From assembly GCA_949290295.1 (NCBI GenBank), contig CASERH010000001.1, forward strand, positions 507 to 64,506: 64,000 nucleotides of DNA. The letters are read 5' to 3'. The position numbers and the translations under genes were made by a program. Shown here piece by piece: positions 1 to 9,406 of this stretch (position 1 is the stretch's first letter; every line of letters begins with the position of its first letter). The stretch comes from an uncultured Pseudomonadota bacterium. GTDB taxonomy: Bacteria > Pseudomonadota > Alphaproteobacteria > RF32 > CAG-239. The notes under the pieces are model-generated. The model was not told the origin of the DNA. It saw only the letters and a list, made by a program, of their open reading frames with translations, and made no database searches.

Positions 1-629
1 TACCCTCGCTGAGCCGCCTCCCATGCGCTTTCTTGCGGAGCCTTAACATCAAAACCAAGCTTATTCAGTCCTTTCATTCCCAAATTAGCCATACCATAGC
101 CCAATCCGCCAAAAAAGCCTTCAATCTCATCATTAAAACCTAATGTCAGCCCGTTTAACCCGGCTGATGCCAATTGCTCCCCTTTTCTAAGAACATTATT
201 AAACATGCTGTTTGAATTGTCCGGCTGAGCAGGCGCTGTCCCCCCGGACATCGCAGGCTTGTTTTGCGCCGCCAAAACCAAATTTGAATTATTGTTGGCA
301 TTTCCGGCAAAACTATTTGCTCCAGTTTGCCCAAGCTGATTGCCGCCCATAGCTTGTGTTGTTCCCATATTGCCATTGCCGCTGTTTATATTTGTTATAT
401 TTGTTGTCGGCACACGGCTTTGCTCCGTTTGTTCCCATATGGGTCTGTCTCTCTCATTACCTTTTCCATCCAAATAATAAGTTTGTGACATCCCCTTGTT
501 CACATCATATTTGTTTCGGGTAATTGGCATTTTACCTTCCATCAATCCACTCACAACCTCTCTGGTTGATAAATTATTCCAATTTGAACGCGCATATTTT
601 TTACGCTCATCTTCTTCAGGATCATACAT
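1..629 (-). CDS. Hypothetical protein, N-terminal part only (ORF runs off the left window edge), with an Asn/Gly/Gln-rich low-complexity central region
   Basis: Absent from the supplied ORF track because it has no stop inside the window. Reverse-strand ATG at 629-627 has AGGAG 7 nt upstream. Hand translation reaches the window edge without a stop: MYDPEEDERKKYARSNWNNLSTREVV...NSGNGNMGTTQAMGGNQLGQTGANSFAGNANNNSN...GFNDEIEGFFGGLGYGMANLG. No family recognised. Confidence 0.5.
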   Translation of the reverse strand, partial: MYDPEEDERKKYARSNWNNLSTREVVSGLMEGKMPITRNKYDVNKGMSQTYYLDGKGNERDRPIWEQTEQSRVPTTNITNINSGNGNMGTTQAMGGNQLGQTGANSFAGNANNNSNLVLAAQNKPAMSGGTAPAQPDNSNSMFNNVLRKGEQLASAGLNGLTLGFNDEIEGFFGGLGYGMANLGMKGLNKLGFDVKAPQESAWEAAQRG

Positions 630-809
630 TTCTTTTCTCCTTTGTGTTGACATTTTTCGTATATTTATATATACATAATACGTATACAATAAATACAATC
701 CATTTGTCAAGTCCCCCTCCGCCGCCAATCATCAACAAAAATACCCAGGCCTCCTTTAACTTCTGCACCAAAGGCTTATATTAATCATCACAAACGGAAA
801 GTTTCTGAT

Positions 810-1712
810 ATGCTCTGGATTATCAACGGATTGGTATATGGCTTTTTCTCTGCCCTTTATACCTTGGTCAACCAACAACACAAACTAAACGGCTATATTC
901 TGGGAATATGGCGGGGGTTTGGCATTGCCCTCGTATTTCTTCCGTTTCTGTTCTTTGTACCGCTCCAAACCAGTGCCTACAACTGGGCTTTGCTCATCTT
1001 TCAGGGCTGGATGATTGGTATTTATGACTCCCACATATTTTTTGCTTCCGCCAATTTCGGCGCCGGTCCGACTTCACGATCTCTGGCCGTAACCGCAATT
1101 GTCACCACCGCCCTGTGGTGGATTATCACCCCTTCTTTATTTTTTGAGCTTGTAAAAGACAGCAACGCCTTTATCACCCTGCTGTTGGTCTTGTTTGGCT
1201 TCACCCTTTGCTATTGGTACATGATAAAAACACCCATCAGCAAAGCCGTGGCCGAATATACCGCCCCGGCCGTCTTTGCCCTCGCCGGCATGAGTATTGC
1301 CACCAAAGAAATCGCCATGATGGGGCAAAATGTCTGGGAAAATATTCTCTATTATCTGGTAGTGGCCACTTTTGTGAGCGGAGTTTACAACACCGTTTTC
1401 TTCATCAAAAGGAATCACCCCGGGTTCAAAGGCTTTTTCCAACAAGTGTTTGCGCCAAAAGTCATCAAAGTCGGCATCTATATTGTCAGTTTTTCTGCCG
1501 CGTTGATTACCGCCAAAACCATGGCCATGCGCTTGGCGCCAAACCCGGGCTATGTTGTGGCATTGGTTTTGACCGCGCCGTTTTTTGTCTTTGCCCTAAA
1601 CAAATACAACAAAATTCCCGATAATATCTCGGTTAGAACCGGCTTTGCCATGATTTTCTTTTTGGTCCTGATGCTCCTAATTGTCACCGACAATCATGGC
1701 ATTGTTGACTAG
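810..1712 (+). CDS. Polytopic inner-membrane protein (about 10 hydrophobic segments), possibly a DMT/EamA-like transporter
   Basis: 300 aa ORF that is hydrophobic throughout with regularly spaced TM-like segments. The family assignment is a guess from size and topology only. Confidence 0.55.
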   Translation: MLWIINGLVYGFFSALYTLVNQQHKLNGYILGIWRGFGIALVFLPFLFFVPLQTSAYNWALLIFQGWMIGIYDSHIFFASANFGAGPTSRSLAVTAIVTTALWWIITPSLFFELVKDSNAFITLLLVLFGFTLCYWYMIKTPISKAVAEYTAPAVFALAGMSIATKEIAMMGQNVWENILYYLVVATFVSGVYNTVFFIKRNHPGFKGFFQQVFAPKVIKVGIYIVSFSAALITAKTMAMRLAPNPGYVVALVLTAPFFVFALNKYNKIPDNISVRTGFAMIFFLVLMLLIVTDNHGIVD

Positions 1713-2789
1713 CTCCGCAATCACCGCATTCAAAACCAACAACCCGCTAGATGTCGGGCGCAAACAATGCGGCAAATCCTCAACCAAGCCTTCTTGCACC
1801 AAGCGTGCAATTACTTTTGAATCCATCAAATGGTCCCAATTTTGGCCGCAACATTCTTCAAAATGGGCTTTATCTATCCCTTGGTTTAGGCGCAGGCCCA
1901 TCAAAACAAGCTCTTCTGCCCGCTCAAGGGAAGATAGTTTTTCTAATTTTCGCGGATGCGTCGTCGCAAAAATCTCTCCCCCAATATGCAGACGCCCATG
2001 CGCACCGTTGCCGACACCGATATAATCATCCCCCTGCCAATAAAGCTTATTGTGGCGGCACTCATAACCAGGCTTGGCATAATTTGAGACCTCATATTGC
2101 AAATAGCCGTGTTGTGCCAAAATATCGCAGCTCAAGTTATATAACTGCGCGGCGGTTTCATCATCTGCGGCCTTAATTCCCTTGCGGGCAAAAGGCGTGC
2201 CCTCCTCTATCGTCAGCTGGTATAAAGATAAATGCTTAAACCCAAAAGAGCAAAGCGCTCCCAGCTCCTTTTGCCAGGCGGCTGAATTTTGACCTGGCCT
2301 GGCGTAGATGACATCGGCAGAGGTGTTGTCAAACAGTGTCAAAACCTCTTCTGCCGCTCTCAACGCATCATCAACCGAATGCGTGCGCCCCAAAAACTTT
2401 AACCCCTCAGGTTCCAGAGATTGGATTCCTAAAGATAAGCGATTAATCCCAACTTTGCGCAAATCAGAAAACAACCCCGGACGATCTGTATTGGGGTTGG
2501 CCTCAAGAGAAATCTCCGCCCCTTTTTCAAGCTTCCAACAGGCCGCCACTTGCTCCAAAATCCGCCCGATGTTATAAGGGCTCAAAAGAGAGGGTGTGCC
2601 GCCGCCGAAAAACACCGAACCAAGCGTTTTCACATCCGCCAGCTCGGCATAATATTTTATGTCATCCAGATAAGCATCCACCAACGCATCTTGCGGCACG
2701 TTTTTCTCAACCTTGCTGAAAAAATCGCAATACGGACACTTGCTGCGGCAAAACGGCCAGTGGATATAAAGTCCGGAACGTATCGTCAT
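1677..2789 (-). CDS. hemW: Radical SAM HemN-family protein, oxygen-independent coproporphyrinogen-III oxidase-like (HemW-type heme chaperone)
   Basis: 370 aa. N-terminal CRSKCPYCDF matches the CxxxCxxC radical-SAM motif, followed by GGGTPS. Length and overall pattern fit HemW/YggW. Confidence 0.85.
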   Translation of the reverse strand: MTIRSGLYIHWPFCRSKCPYCDFFSKVEKNVPQDALVDAYLDDIKYYAELADVKTLGSVFFGGGTPSLLSPYNIGRILEQVAACWKLEKGAEISLEANPNTDRPGLFSDLRKVGINRLSLGIQSLEPEGLKFLGRTHSVDDALRAAEEVLTLFDNTSADVIYARPGQNSAAWQKELGALCSFGFKHLSLYQLTIEEGTPFARKGIKAADDETAAQLYNLSCDILAQHGYLQYEVSNYAKPGYECRHNKLYWQGDDYIGVGNGAHGRLHIGGEIFATTHPRKLEKLSSLERAEELVLMGLRLNQGIDKAHFEECCGQNWDHLMDSKVIARLVQEGLVEDLPHCLRPTSSGLLVLNAVIAELVNNAMIVGDN

Positions 2790-4096
2790 TATAAAATAAA
2801 CTTAGACAAGTCGCTGGCTTGGGTATATTTGCCGAGTTTTTCCTCAACCATGGCAGCCGTAATCAATTCTTCCTGCCCGCTGCGGTCAGAAGCCTTAAAA
2901 CTGATATCCTCAAGCAAAATCTCCAACACCGTATGCAACCTTCTGGCACCGATATTCTCAACATTTTCATTGATTTCAACCGCCACATCGGCAATCTTTT
3001 CAATCGCCTCTTTCTCAAACTTGAGGCTGAAATTCTCGGTTCCGAGCAGGGCTGTATATTGCTCAATCAGGTTAGCCTCCGGCTCCGTCAAAATTCGCAC
3101 AAAATCGTTATGGTCAAGCGCCTTGAGCTCCACTCTGATAGGCAGACGCCCCTGTAGCTCCGGCAACAAATCAGACGGCTTTGCCAAATGGAAAGCACCC
3201 GAGCAAATAAACAATATATGGTCGGTTTTAACCATGCCGTACTTGGTTGTAACCGTTGTTCCCTCAATTAAGGGCAACAAATCCCTCTGCACGCCTTCTC
3301 TGGAGACATCGGCCCGCCCGCCTTCAGACTTGCCGGCAATCTTATCAATCTCGTCAATAAAGACAATACCGTCATTTTCAACAGCCTTGATAGCCTCGCG
3401 GGTAATAGTGTCGTTATCTAAAAGCTTGTCGCTCTCCTCGTCAATCAAAATCTTGCGAGCTTCTGCCACCTTAAGCTTGCGGTTTTTATATTTCGGCGTG
3501 CTTCCTCCAAGCAAATCCCCAAGACTAATCATGCCCATAGAGGCCCCCGGCATTCCCGGAATATCAATGGTCGGCATTGAGGCATTAGAGGTCTCAAGCA
3601 AAGCAATCTCAATTTCTCTGTCATCAAGCTTGCCTTCTCTCAACATCTGGCGGAACTTCTGTCTTGTCTCCTCACCTGCATTGGCGCCAACCAAGGCTTC
3701 CAACAAGCGCTCTTCAGCACCTTCTTCTGCTTTGGCATTAACCTGCTTGCGCATAACCTTGCGGGTATCATGCAAAGAAATCTCCACCAAATCTCTAATA
3801 ATGCTTTCAACATCTCTGCCCACATAGCCAATCTCCGTAAACTTGGTTGCCTCAACCTTAATAAACGGCGCTTTTGCAAGCTTAGCCAAACGGCGGGATA
3901 TTTCGGTCTTGCCAACCCCGGTCGGCCCCACCATCAAGATGTTCTTTGGCACAATTTCTTCACGCAATTTCTCAGGCAGTTGCATTCTCCGCCATCTGTT
4001 GCGCAGAGCAACTGCCACCGCTTTTTTGGCCTCTTCTTGGCCGATAATATATTTATCTAATTCAGAAACAATTTCCCTCGGGCTGAAACTAGTCAT
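2789..4096 (-). CDS. hslU: ATP-dependent protease ATPase subunit HslU
   Basis: 435 aa. Opens with [16 protein letters not shown], has Walker A GPTGVGKT, and has an HslU-type I-domain and C-terminus. Overlaps hslV by 8 nt. Confidence 0.95.
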   Translation of the reverse strand: MTSFSPREIVSELDKYIIGQEEAKKAVAVALRNRWRRMQLPEKLREEIVPKNILMVGPTGVGKTEISRRLAKLAKAPFIKVEATKFTEIGYVGRDVESIIRDLVEISLHDTRKVMRKQVNAKAEEGAEERLLEALVGANAGEETRQKFRQMLREGKLDDREIEIALLETSNASMPTIDIPGMPGASMGMISLGDLLGGSTPKYKNRKLKVAEARKILIDEESDKLLDNDTITREAIKAVENDGIVFIDEIDKIAGKSEGGRADVSREGVQRDLLPLIEGTTVTTKYGMVKTDHILFICSGAFHLAKPSDLLPELQGRLPIRVELKALDHNDFVRILTEPEANLIEQYTALLGTENFSLKFEKEAIEKIADVAVEINENVENIGARRLHTVLEILLEDISFKASDRSGQEELITAAMVEEKLGKYTQASDLSKFIL

Positions 4097-4619
4097 TGGC
4101 TATTCTCTCAATAATCACATTATGGTTGGTATAAACATCAATATCACCGGCAATCTTCATAGCCTTGGCGGCAATTTCCTCAAGCGGCATATTGGGCACC
4201 TCATAGAGAGCCTTAGCTGCAGCCATGGCGTAATTTCCGCCGCTGCCGATACCGATAATTCCATCATCCGGCTCCATAACCTCTCCGGTACCAGAAATCA
4301 CCAGCGACGTTTCTTTGTCGGCCACAATCATAAAAGCCTGCAGCTGGCGCAAATACTTATCCATCCGCCAATCTTTAGCCAACTCCACCGCCGCCCGCTT
4401 GAGTTGGCTGGCGTGCTTCTCAAGCTTGGCCTCCAAGCGCTCAATCAAAGTAATTCCATCTGCTGCAGCACCGGCAAAACCGGCAATGATATTGCCGTTG
4501 CCAATCCGACGAACCTTAACCGACTTGGACTTAAATATAACACTTTCTCCCAAAGTAGCCTGTCCGTCTCCGGCCATCACCACCTCATTACCGCGCCGCA
4601 CGCACAAAATCGTTGTCAT
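4089..4619 (-). CDS. hslV: ATP-dependent protease subunit HslV
   Basis: 176 aa. MTTILCVRR places the catalytic Thr at position 2. GDGQATLG and GSGGNYA motifs are present. Confidence 0.95.
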   Translation of the reverse strand: MTTILCVRRGNEVVMAGDGQATLGESVIFKSKSVKVRRIGNGNIIAGFAGAAADGITLIERLEAKLEKHASQLKRAAVELAKDWRMDKYLRQLQAFMIVADKETSLVISGTGEVMEPDDGIIGIGSGGNYAMAAAKALYEVPNMPLEEIAAKAMKIAGDIDVYTNHNVIIERIAND

Positions 4620-4664
4620 CTGTCTTTCCTTCTTATGTTTTCAATCTTCTTTTTATTTAGGTAA

Positions 4665-4693
4665 TGTTTTCACCAAATGCAAGTAAAGTCCGC
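4665..4693 (-). promoter_or_regulatory. Candidate RpoH (sigma-32)-type promoter for hslVU
   Basis: The reverse strand reads CTTGCA, 16 nt, CCTAAAT. This resembles the alphaproteobacterial CTTG-N17/18-CYTATNT heat-shock promoter pattern, and hslVU is a classic heat-shock operon. By-eye match only. Confidence 0.3.
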
Positions 4694-4696
4694 AAC

Positions 4697-4713
4697 GCGG
4701 ACTTCACTTTTAA
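4697..4713 (-). terminator. Hairpin downstream of the lipoprotein gene, a possible intrinsic terminator
   Basis: AGTCCGC-AAC-GCGGACT forms a 7 bp stem. On the reverse strand it is followed by the moderately T-rich TTTACTTGCATTT. Confidence 0.4.
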
Positions 4714-4732
4714 GACTTTTGGCTTGAAAGAA

Positions 4733-6760
4733 CTACTTTCTTTCCAGACCTTTCATCGGCACCGGTGTCTTATCCTTTGAGGCATCAATCGCATCAGCCA
4801 AAGGAGTAGCCTTAAAGCCAACGGGCTTGCGAGTTCCAAAATCACGCCCGCAAATCTCAAGCCCCAAACCTTTCAGAGCCGTCTCAATCGGGATAAAGAG
4901 GTCCGGATTTTCATCTGTCTTTTTGGTCTTATGCGCCAAACCGACAATATTGCCGTTCTTATCAATCAACGCACCACCCAAGGTCACAGTCTGAACAAAG
5001 GTATCAACGATAATCTCGGCATCGCCATTTTCGCTCCAGCGATATCCTATAACTTTACCTTCATTGTCCAGATATCCCTCTCCCTCAGTGTCCAAATCAA
5101 ACAATCCGAGAGTCATAAGGATATCTTTGTTGACCTCCGGCAAATCAAGCGACAACGGCAATGGTGCAAACTGTGTCGGCTCATCCAATAGCAACAAAGC
5201 CACATTCTTATTGGGGTTAACACGCATCGCGGCTGCTTTCATCTCTTTACCGTTAATCGTTTTGAGTCTGAAGTTATTATTATCTTTCACCATCAAATCA
5301 GCAGAGGTCAAAACCAGATTATTAGCAATAATCAAACCAGCACCCTTCTGCCCCTTGGCATTTTCAACCGAAACAATAGATGCTCTGACTTTATAAAGAT
5401 TCTGAGCGTTCAAATTCTCATAAGGAGCTTGGTTCTGGATGCAGAAACGATTGTTAGCGTCAGTAAAAGAGCTTTCAATCAATTGCTTGCTGTCAACCAA
5501 GGCCTTATCTTTTGTTTCAAGCGGAACATCAACCCAATAATCATCTGTCATCTTAACATTGTCAGACACATTTTGGATTACAACGCCGCCGTCTTCATCA
5601 ATACGAGCAGCCTTACATTTGCTGTCTACAGCCACAACAGAACCGCTTCCTGCCACGGCAGATGTCATCTCAATCACTCCGCCTGTTCCGGCAATACCGG
5701 AACTTTCTTCAATAGAGTAAACTGGCTCTAAAGATGTTGTAACCACCGGCTGCATCACAATTTCAGGCTTAGCCGGAATAACAACCTTGTTGGCAGGCAA
5801 AATTCCGGCAGAGCACTCTTGCAGCATCTCAACGCCCTTCATTTCCTGTCCATACTGGGAGGCAAAAGTTTGGTTTTTAGCCTCAATGCCTTGCAGGTAA
5901 GCAAGCTGTCTGGCCAATTCTTCCGGTCGAATCCTTTGTGCCACGGTAGAGTTAAAGCACTGGATTTCCGGAACTTTAGTCAAAGCATCTTCAAAAGCAC
6001 GCTCAACGAGTAAAGTCTCACCATTAGGTTCGCCCTCAGAGATTTGCCCATAACCGGTAGTCATGCCTTTGCAGTAGACTTCTTGCTTATCAAGGCTCAT
6101 CACCCTCCAAACCACTGTCATTTCAGAAGAACCGCTGCGCAATTTCTTCTGTTTAACATTTTCCCAGTCGAATTCATCACAAATGTTCATGAAATAATCG
6201 GTAATTTCAGCGGTCATAATATATTCCGGTGTTTGGATTTTATCAGAAGCCGGATAATAAGGGCTGCTTTTTTCGACCACAACCGGATAAAAATCATTCA
6301 TTGTCTCAAAGAACACGTCAAAGAAACGCATATCTTTTTGCATAGCGCGCCCTTGGTTCAAGAACACGTTTTTGCTTTCTCTGCGGCAGCCAAAGATACG
6401 GAAGCGGTAATTACCGAGCTTGTCATTGTAATTTTCATACTCACCGCCTTTTTTAATACGAAAATCAACATATTCAAGCTTAATGGGAGCAAAACTGTCA
6501 CGGCTTTGGTGCAGCCAAAAATACGCATCTTGCTGGTCTTCATCAATAATCAAAGTCTGATATCTGGGCTTGTTGGTATCTTGCAAATAAGAAAAACGCT
6601 TAACCGGTTTTTTCTTAACCGGCTCACACATACAATCAAACATTCCCAAAGTCGATTCGCTGCCATCACACATACAGGGAATGAGTTCAGGACTTTCCTT
6701 GCTGCAAGAAGCCAGCAATAGAACAGCTGCAATAGTTTTCAGACCAACAAACTTTTTCAT
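4733..6760 (-). CDS. Large lipoprotein with a C-terminal trypsin-like (S1/Trypsin_2-like) domain that appears catalytically inactive
   Basis: 675 aa. Signal peptide with lipobox (LLLASC). The C-terminal roughly 200 aa follows the chymotrypsin-fold pattern GAGLIIANNLVLTSADLM ... NVALLLLD ... VTLGGALIDKNGNIVGL. The positions normally occupied by His, Asp and Ser read D, N and L. The N-terminal roughly 450 aa is unrecognised. Confidence 0.7.
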   Translation of the reverse strand: MKKFVGLKTIAAVLLLASCSKESPELIPCMCDGSESTLGMFDCMCEPVKKKPVKRFSYLQDTNKPRYQTLIIDEDQQDAYFWLHQSRDSFAPIKLEYVDFRIKKGGEYENYNDKLGNYRFRIFGCRRESKNVFLNQGRAMQKDMRFFDVFFETMNDFYPVVVEKSSPYYPASDKIQTPEYIMTAEITDYFMNICDEFDWENVKQKKLRSGSSEMTVVWRVMSLDKQEVYCKGMTTGYGQISEGEPNGETLLVERAFEDALTKVPEIQCFNSTVAQRIRPEELARQLAYLQGIEAKNQTFASQYGQEMKGVEMLQECSAGILPANKVVIPAKPEIVMQPVVTTSLEPVYSIEESSGIAGTGGVIEMTSAVAGSGSVVAVDSKCKAARIDEDGGVVIQNVSDNVKMTDDYWVDVPLETKDKALVDSKQLIESSFTDANNRFCIQNQAPYENLNAQNLYKVRASIVSVENAKGQKGAGLIIANNLVLTSADLMVKDNNNFRLKTINGKEMKAAAMRVNPNKNVALLLLDEPTQFAPLPLSLDLPEVNKDILMTLGLFDLDTEGEGYLDNEGKVIGYRWSENGDAEIIVDTFVQTVTLGGALIDKNGNIVGLAHKTKKTDENPDLFIPIETALKGLGLEICGRDFGTRKPVGFKATPLADAIDASKDKTPVPMKGLERK

Positions 6761-6775
6761 GATTAAAACTCCCGT

Positions 6776-8296
6776 TTATCTTCTGCCGGGCAGGCTGCGG
6801 CGATAAGACAGAGCCTCGGCTACATGCAGTTTATTAATTTTTGTTTCTTTTTGCAAGTCCGCAATTGTTCTTGCTAACCGCAAAGTTCGATGATAAGCCC
6901 TGGCCGAGAGTTTATTCTTCTCGGCAAAAGTGATAAGAAGCGATTTTGCATCATCAAACATTTCTGCAGCGTCCTCCAACAATTTTCCCTTAAGATCAGC
7001 ATTGGTCCGCACATTTTTGGCGCCCATTGCCTTAAAACGCGCTTGTTGAAATTCTCTAGCTTCCATCACTCTTTTTCTGATTAGATCAGAGCTTTCACCT
7101 TTTTTGACACCGGCCAAATCCCATGGGCTGACAGCCGGAACTTCTATCTGGATATCAATACGATCCAATAAAGGGCCCGAGATTTTTGCCTGATATTCAG
7201 CAGCACATTGAGGCGCTCTGGCACACTCCAAAGCCGGCTCACCCAAATGCCCGCAACGGCACGGGTTCATCGCCGCCACCAGCTGAAAATTAGCCGGATA
7301 GGTTGTATGGGCATTAACCCTGGCAATGCTGACATACCCGTTTTCCAAGGGCTGTCTCAAAGCTTCCAGCGTAGATTTGTTAAATTCGGGCAGCTCATCC
7401 AAAAACAAAACCCCATTGTGAGCCAAAGATATTTCACCCGGTGTTGCCTTGCGCCCGCCGCCGACCAAAGCCGGCGTAGAAGCATTATGATGCGGCGCTC
7501 TAAACGGCCGTTCAAAAGAAATTTTGCCCTCTTTGAGCTCCCCGGCAACAGAGTGTATCATACTTGTCTCAAGAGCCTCTTCCACCGTAAGCGGCGGCAA
7601 AATACCCGGCAACCTTGCCGCCAACATGGATTTTCCGGCTCCCGGCGGCCCAATCATCAAGAGATTATGTCCTCCGGCAGCGGCCACTTCCAAAGCTTTT
7701 TTAGCGCTTTCTTGGCCTTTAACATCGGCCATATCCAAAAGAGAAAGTTTGGCCTCTGCCTGTTTAGCCTCAGGTTCTGGCAGAAGACGATTTCCTTTTA
7801 AGTGGTTTAAGAGCTCGGTCAAATTAGCGGCTGCGGCAATAGGCGCCACCCCTGCCCACATAGCTTCAGACCCCTGCGCTGCGGGACAAATCAAGCCAAG
7901 CCCGCGGCGTTTAGCGGCAATTGCAGCCGGTAACACACCGTTAACAGGCAAAATAGAGCCATCTAAAGAAAGCTCTCCCATCACCAAATAATCTTTGAGC
8001 TTATCAGACGGCGCCACTCCCATCACTGCCAACACAGCCAAAGCAATGGGCAAATCAAAATGCGAACCTTCTTTAAGCAAATCCGCGGGCGCCAAGTTGA
8101 TGACAATTCTCTTAGCGGGTAGTTGCAGCTTCAAGGATTGGAGAGCTGAGCGAACCCGTTCTTTGCTTTCGGCAATGGCCTTATCAGGCAAGCCGACAAT
8201 GATAAAATTAGGCAGACCGGAGGTCATCTGCACCTGCAAATCCACATCCAAAACCTCAAGCCCGTTAAAAGTAATGGTATTAACCCGTCCCAGCAT
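6776..8296 (-). CDS. yifB: YifB/ComM-family Mg-chelatase-like AAA+ ATPase
   Basis: 506 aa. Has an N-terminal Lon-protease-like domain, Walker A GPPGAGKS, Walker B GVLFLDE, and a C-terminal ChlI-type region (RAYHRTLRLARTIADL). Confidence 0.9.
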   Translation of the reverse strand: MLGRVNTITFNGLEVLDVDLQVQMTSGLPNFIIVGLPDKAIAESKERVRSALQSLKLQLPAKRIVINLAPADLLKEGSHFDLPIALAVLAVMGVAPSDKLKDYLVMGELSLDGSILPVNGVLPAAIAAKRRGLGLICPAAQGSEAMWAGVAPIAAAANLTELLNHLKGNRLLPEPEAKQAEAKLSLLDMADVKGQESAKKALEVAAAGGHNLLMIGPPGAGKSMLAARLPGILPPLTVEEALETSMIHSVAGELKEGKISFERPFRAPHHNASTPALVGGGRKATPGEISLAHNGVLFLDELPEFNKSTLEALRQPLENGYVSIARVNAHTTYPANFQLVAAMNPCRCGHLGEPALECARAPQCAAEYQAKISGPLLDRIDIQIEVPAVSPWDLAGVKKGESSDLIRKRVMEAREFQQARFKAMGAKNVRTNADLKGKLLEDAAEMFDDAKSLLITFAEKNKLSARAYHRTLRLARTIADLQKETKINKLHVAEALSYRRSLPGRR

Positions 8297-8303
8297 TTTT
8301 AAC

Positions 8304-8609
8304 CTACCAACGAGGTGTCACTTCAGAGTCCCGCCAGCGTCTGGTCGGATAGGTATCTACCTTCAAAAAATCATAATTGGCAGTTTTATAGGGAATATCT
8401 TTAAAACGCACATAACCCTTTTGTTCAAAATACCTGGCACAATCCTCGGCAGAATTTTCATTATTTCCATAACAACGAACAATTGTGCGGTCGCGCAGGT
8501 TTTGCAATCCGATTTCTTCCTGCGCATCCGGCAGAGCGGCTTGTGCAGCGGCACTTTGCGCAAGAAAGACGGCAACTCCGGCCAATCTCAACATTTTCAA
8601 GACACGCAT
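8304..8609 (-). CDS. Small secreted hypothetical protein
   Basis: 101 aa. N-terminal signal peptide (LAGVAVFLAQSAAAQA) followed by a hydrophilic mature part with 2 Cys. Lies immediately upstream of yifB on the same strand. Confidence 0.5.
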   Translation of the reverse strand: MRVLKMLRLAGVAVFLAQSAAAQAALPDAQEEIGLQNLRDRTIVRCYGNNENSAEDCARYFEQKGYVRFKDIPYKTANYDFLKVDTYPTRRWRDSEVTPRW

Positions 8610-8684
8610 TTTAGAATCCTTTCATATGATACCACATTAAGGAAAAAAGATTAAATCTTCATTAAAAAAATATACAAAAAATGC

Positions 8685-8712
8685 TTGCAAAAATAAGTTT
8701 TTATGTTATTTT
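8685..8712 (+). promoter_or_regulatory. Candidate sigma-70 promoter of the rpsF-rpsR-rplI operon
   Basis: TTGCAA (8685-8690), 16 nt spacer, TATTTT. Confidence 0.4.
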
Positions 8713-8726
8713 CAGGCACGTCCCTT

Positions 8727-8782
8727 GCCGTATAAAAAGATACGGCTATACAAGAACCGGCTTAAGGGTTATCCCTAGAGCC
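8727..8782 (+). promoter_or_regulatory. Structured 5' leader of rpsF (two hairpins), possibly an S6:S18 autoregulatory leader
   Basis: Hairpin 1 is GCCGTAT-AAAAAG-ATACGGC (8727-8746). Hairpin 2 spans 8759-8782 (GGCTTAAGGG-TTAT-CCCTAGAGCC with one mismatch). Both lie between the promoter and the rpsF SD. The match to the known rpsF leader family was not verified. Confidence 0.3.
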
Positions 8783-8815
8783 ATTTGTTGAGAAATCCAA
8801 AAGGAGATTAAACTA

Positions 8816-9154
8816 ATGACCAAATATGAAAGCGTGCTGATTGCACGTCAGGATTTGGGCGCTTCTCAGGTAAACAACATTGTATCAGACATGAGCAAAG
8901 TTATTGCCGACCAAGGAGGAGAAGTAGTCCGCGTTGATAACTGGGGTTTAAAGAACCTTGCTTATCGCATTAAGAAGAACCGCAAAGGCCACTATGTTCT
9001 TTTGAACATTTCTGCTCCGGCTCAAGCAATTGCCGAGTACGAGCGTTTGTTAAGAGTTAACGAAGACATCATCCGCTACATGACTGTTAAAGTTGAAGAC
9101 TTCTCTGAAGCCTTGAGCAATGACGGTTCAGAAGCAGCTGCTGTTGAAGAATAG
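8816..9154 (+). CDS. rpsF: 30S ribosomal protein S6
   Basis: 112 aa. [10 protein letters not shown]...[11 protein letters not shown] is typical S6. Strong SD (AAGGAG). Confidence 0.95.
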   Translation: MTKYESVLIARQDLGASQVNNIVSDMSKVIADQGGEVVRVDNWGLKNLAYRIKKNRKGHYVLLNISAPAQAIAEYERLLRVNEDIIRYMTVKVEDFSEALSNDGSEAAAVEE

Positions 9155-9165
9155 GAGAAAGAGCA

Positions 9166-9393
9166 ATGGCTAAACAAGTATTCTTTAGAAGAAAAAAGAG
9201 CTGCCCGTTTTCCGGTGAAGACGGCTTAAAGATTGACTACAAGGATGTAAAATTGCTTTCTCGTTACATTTCAGAGAAAGGCAAAATTATTCCTAGTCGT
9301 ATCACATCAGTTTCTGCCAAAAAGCAAAGAGAATTGGCCCGTGCCATCAAGCGTGCCCGTTATCTTGGTCTTTTGCCTTATGTAGCAATGTAA
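9166..9393 (+). CDS. rpsR: 30S ribosomal protein S18
   Basis: 75 aa. FRRKKSCPF...[25 protein letters not shown]...[21 protein letters not shown] is typical S18. Confidence 0.95.
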   Translation: MAKQVFFRRKKSCPFSGEDGLKIDYKDVKLLSRYISEKGKIIPSRITSVSAKKQRELARAIKRARYLGLLPYVAM

Positions 9394-9406
9394 GAGGAGA
9401 AAAAAA

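Noticed and set aside
155-784. Track ORFs 155-376 (-), 496-678 (+) and 524-784 (+) as genes.
   Set aside because: They overlap the better-supported reverse-strand ORF 1-629, which has an SD and is open to the window edge, or they lie in the AT-rich promoter region. Their translations are low-complexity with no start signals.
2550-3827. Long antisense ORFs listed in the track. The main ones are 425 aa opposite hslU and 410 aa opposite leuS at 14304-15536. Others are 416 aa opposite hydB at 34068-35318, 363 aa opposite hydA at 32050-33141, and 272 aa opposite addB at 26146-26964.
   Set aside because: Each lies entirely within a confidently identified gene on the other strand. Their translations are Ser/Leu/Ile/Phe/Lys-rich low-information sequence with no motifs or SD-linked starts. 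This is typical of shadow ORFs produced by the codon bias of the real gene.
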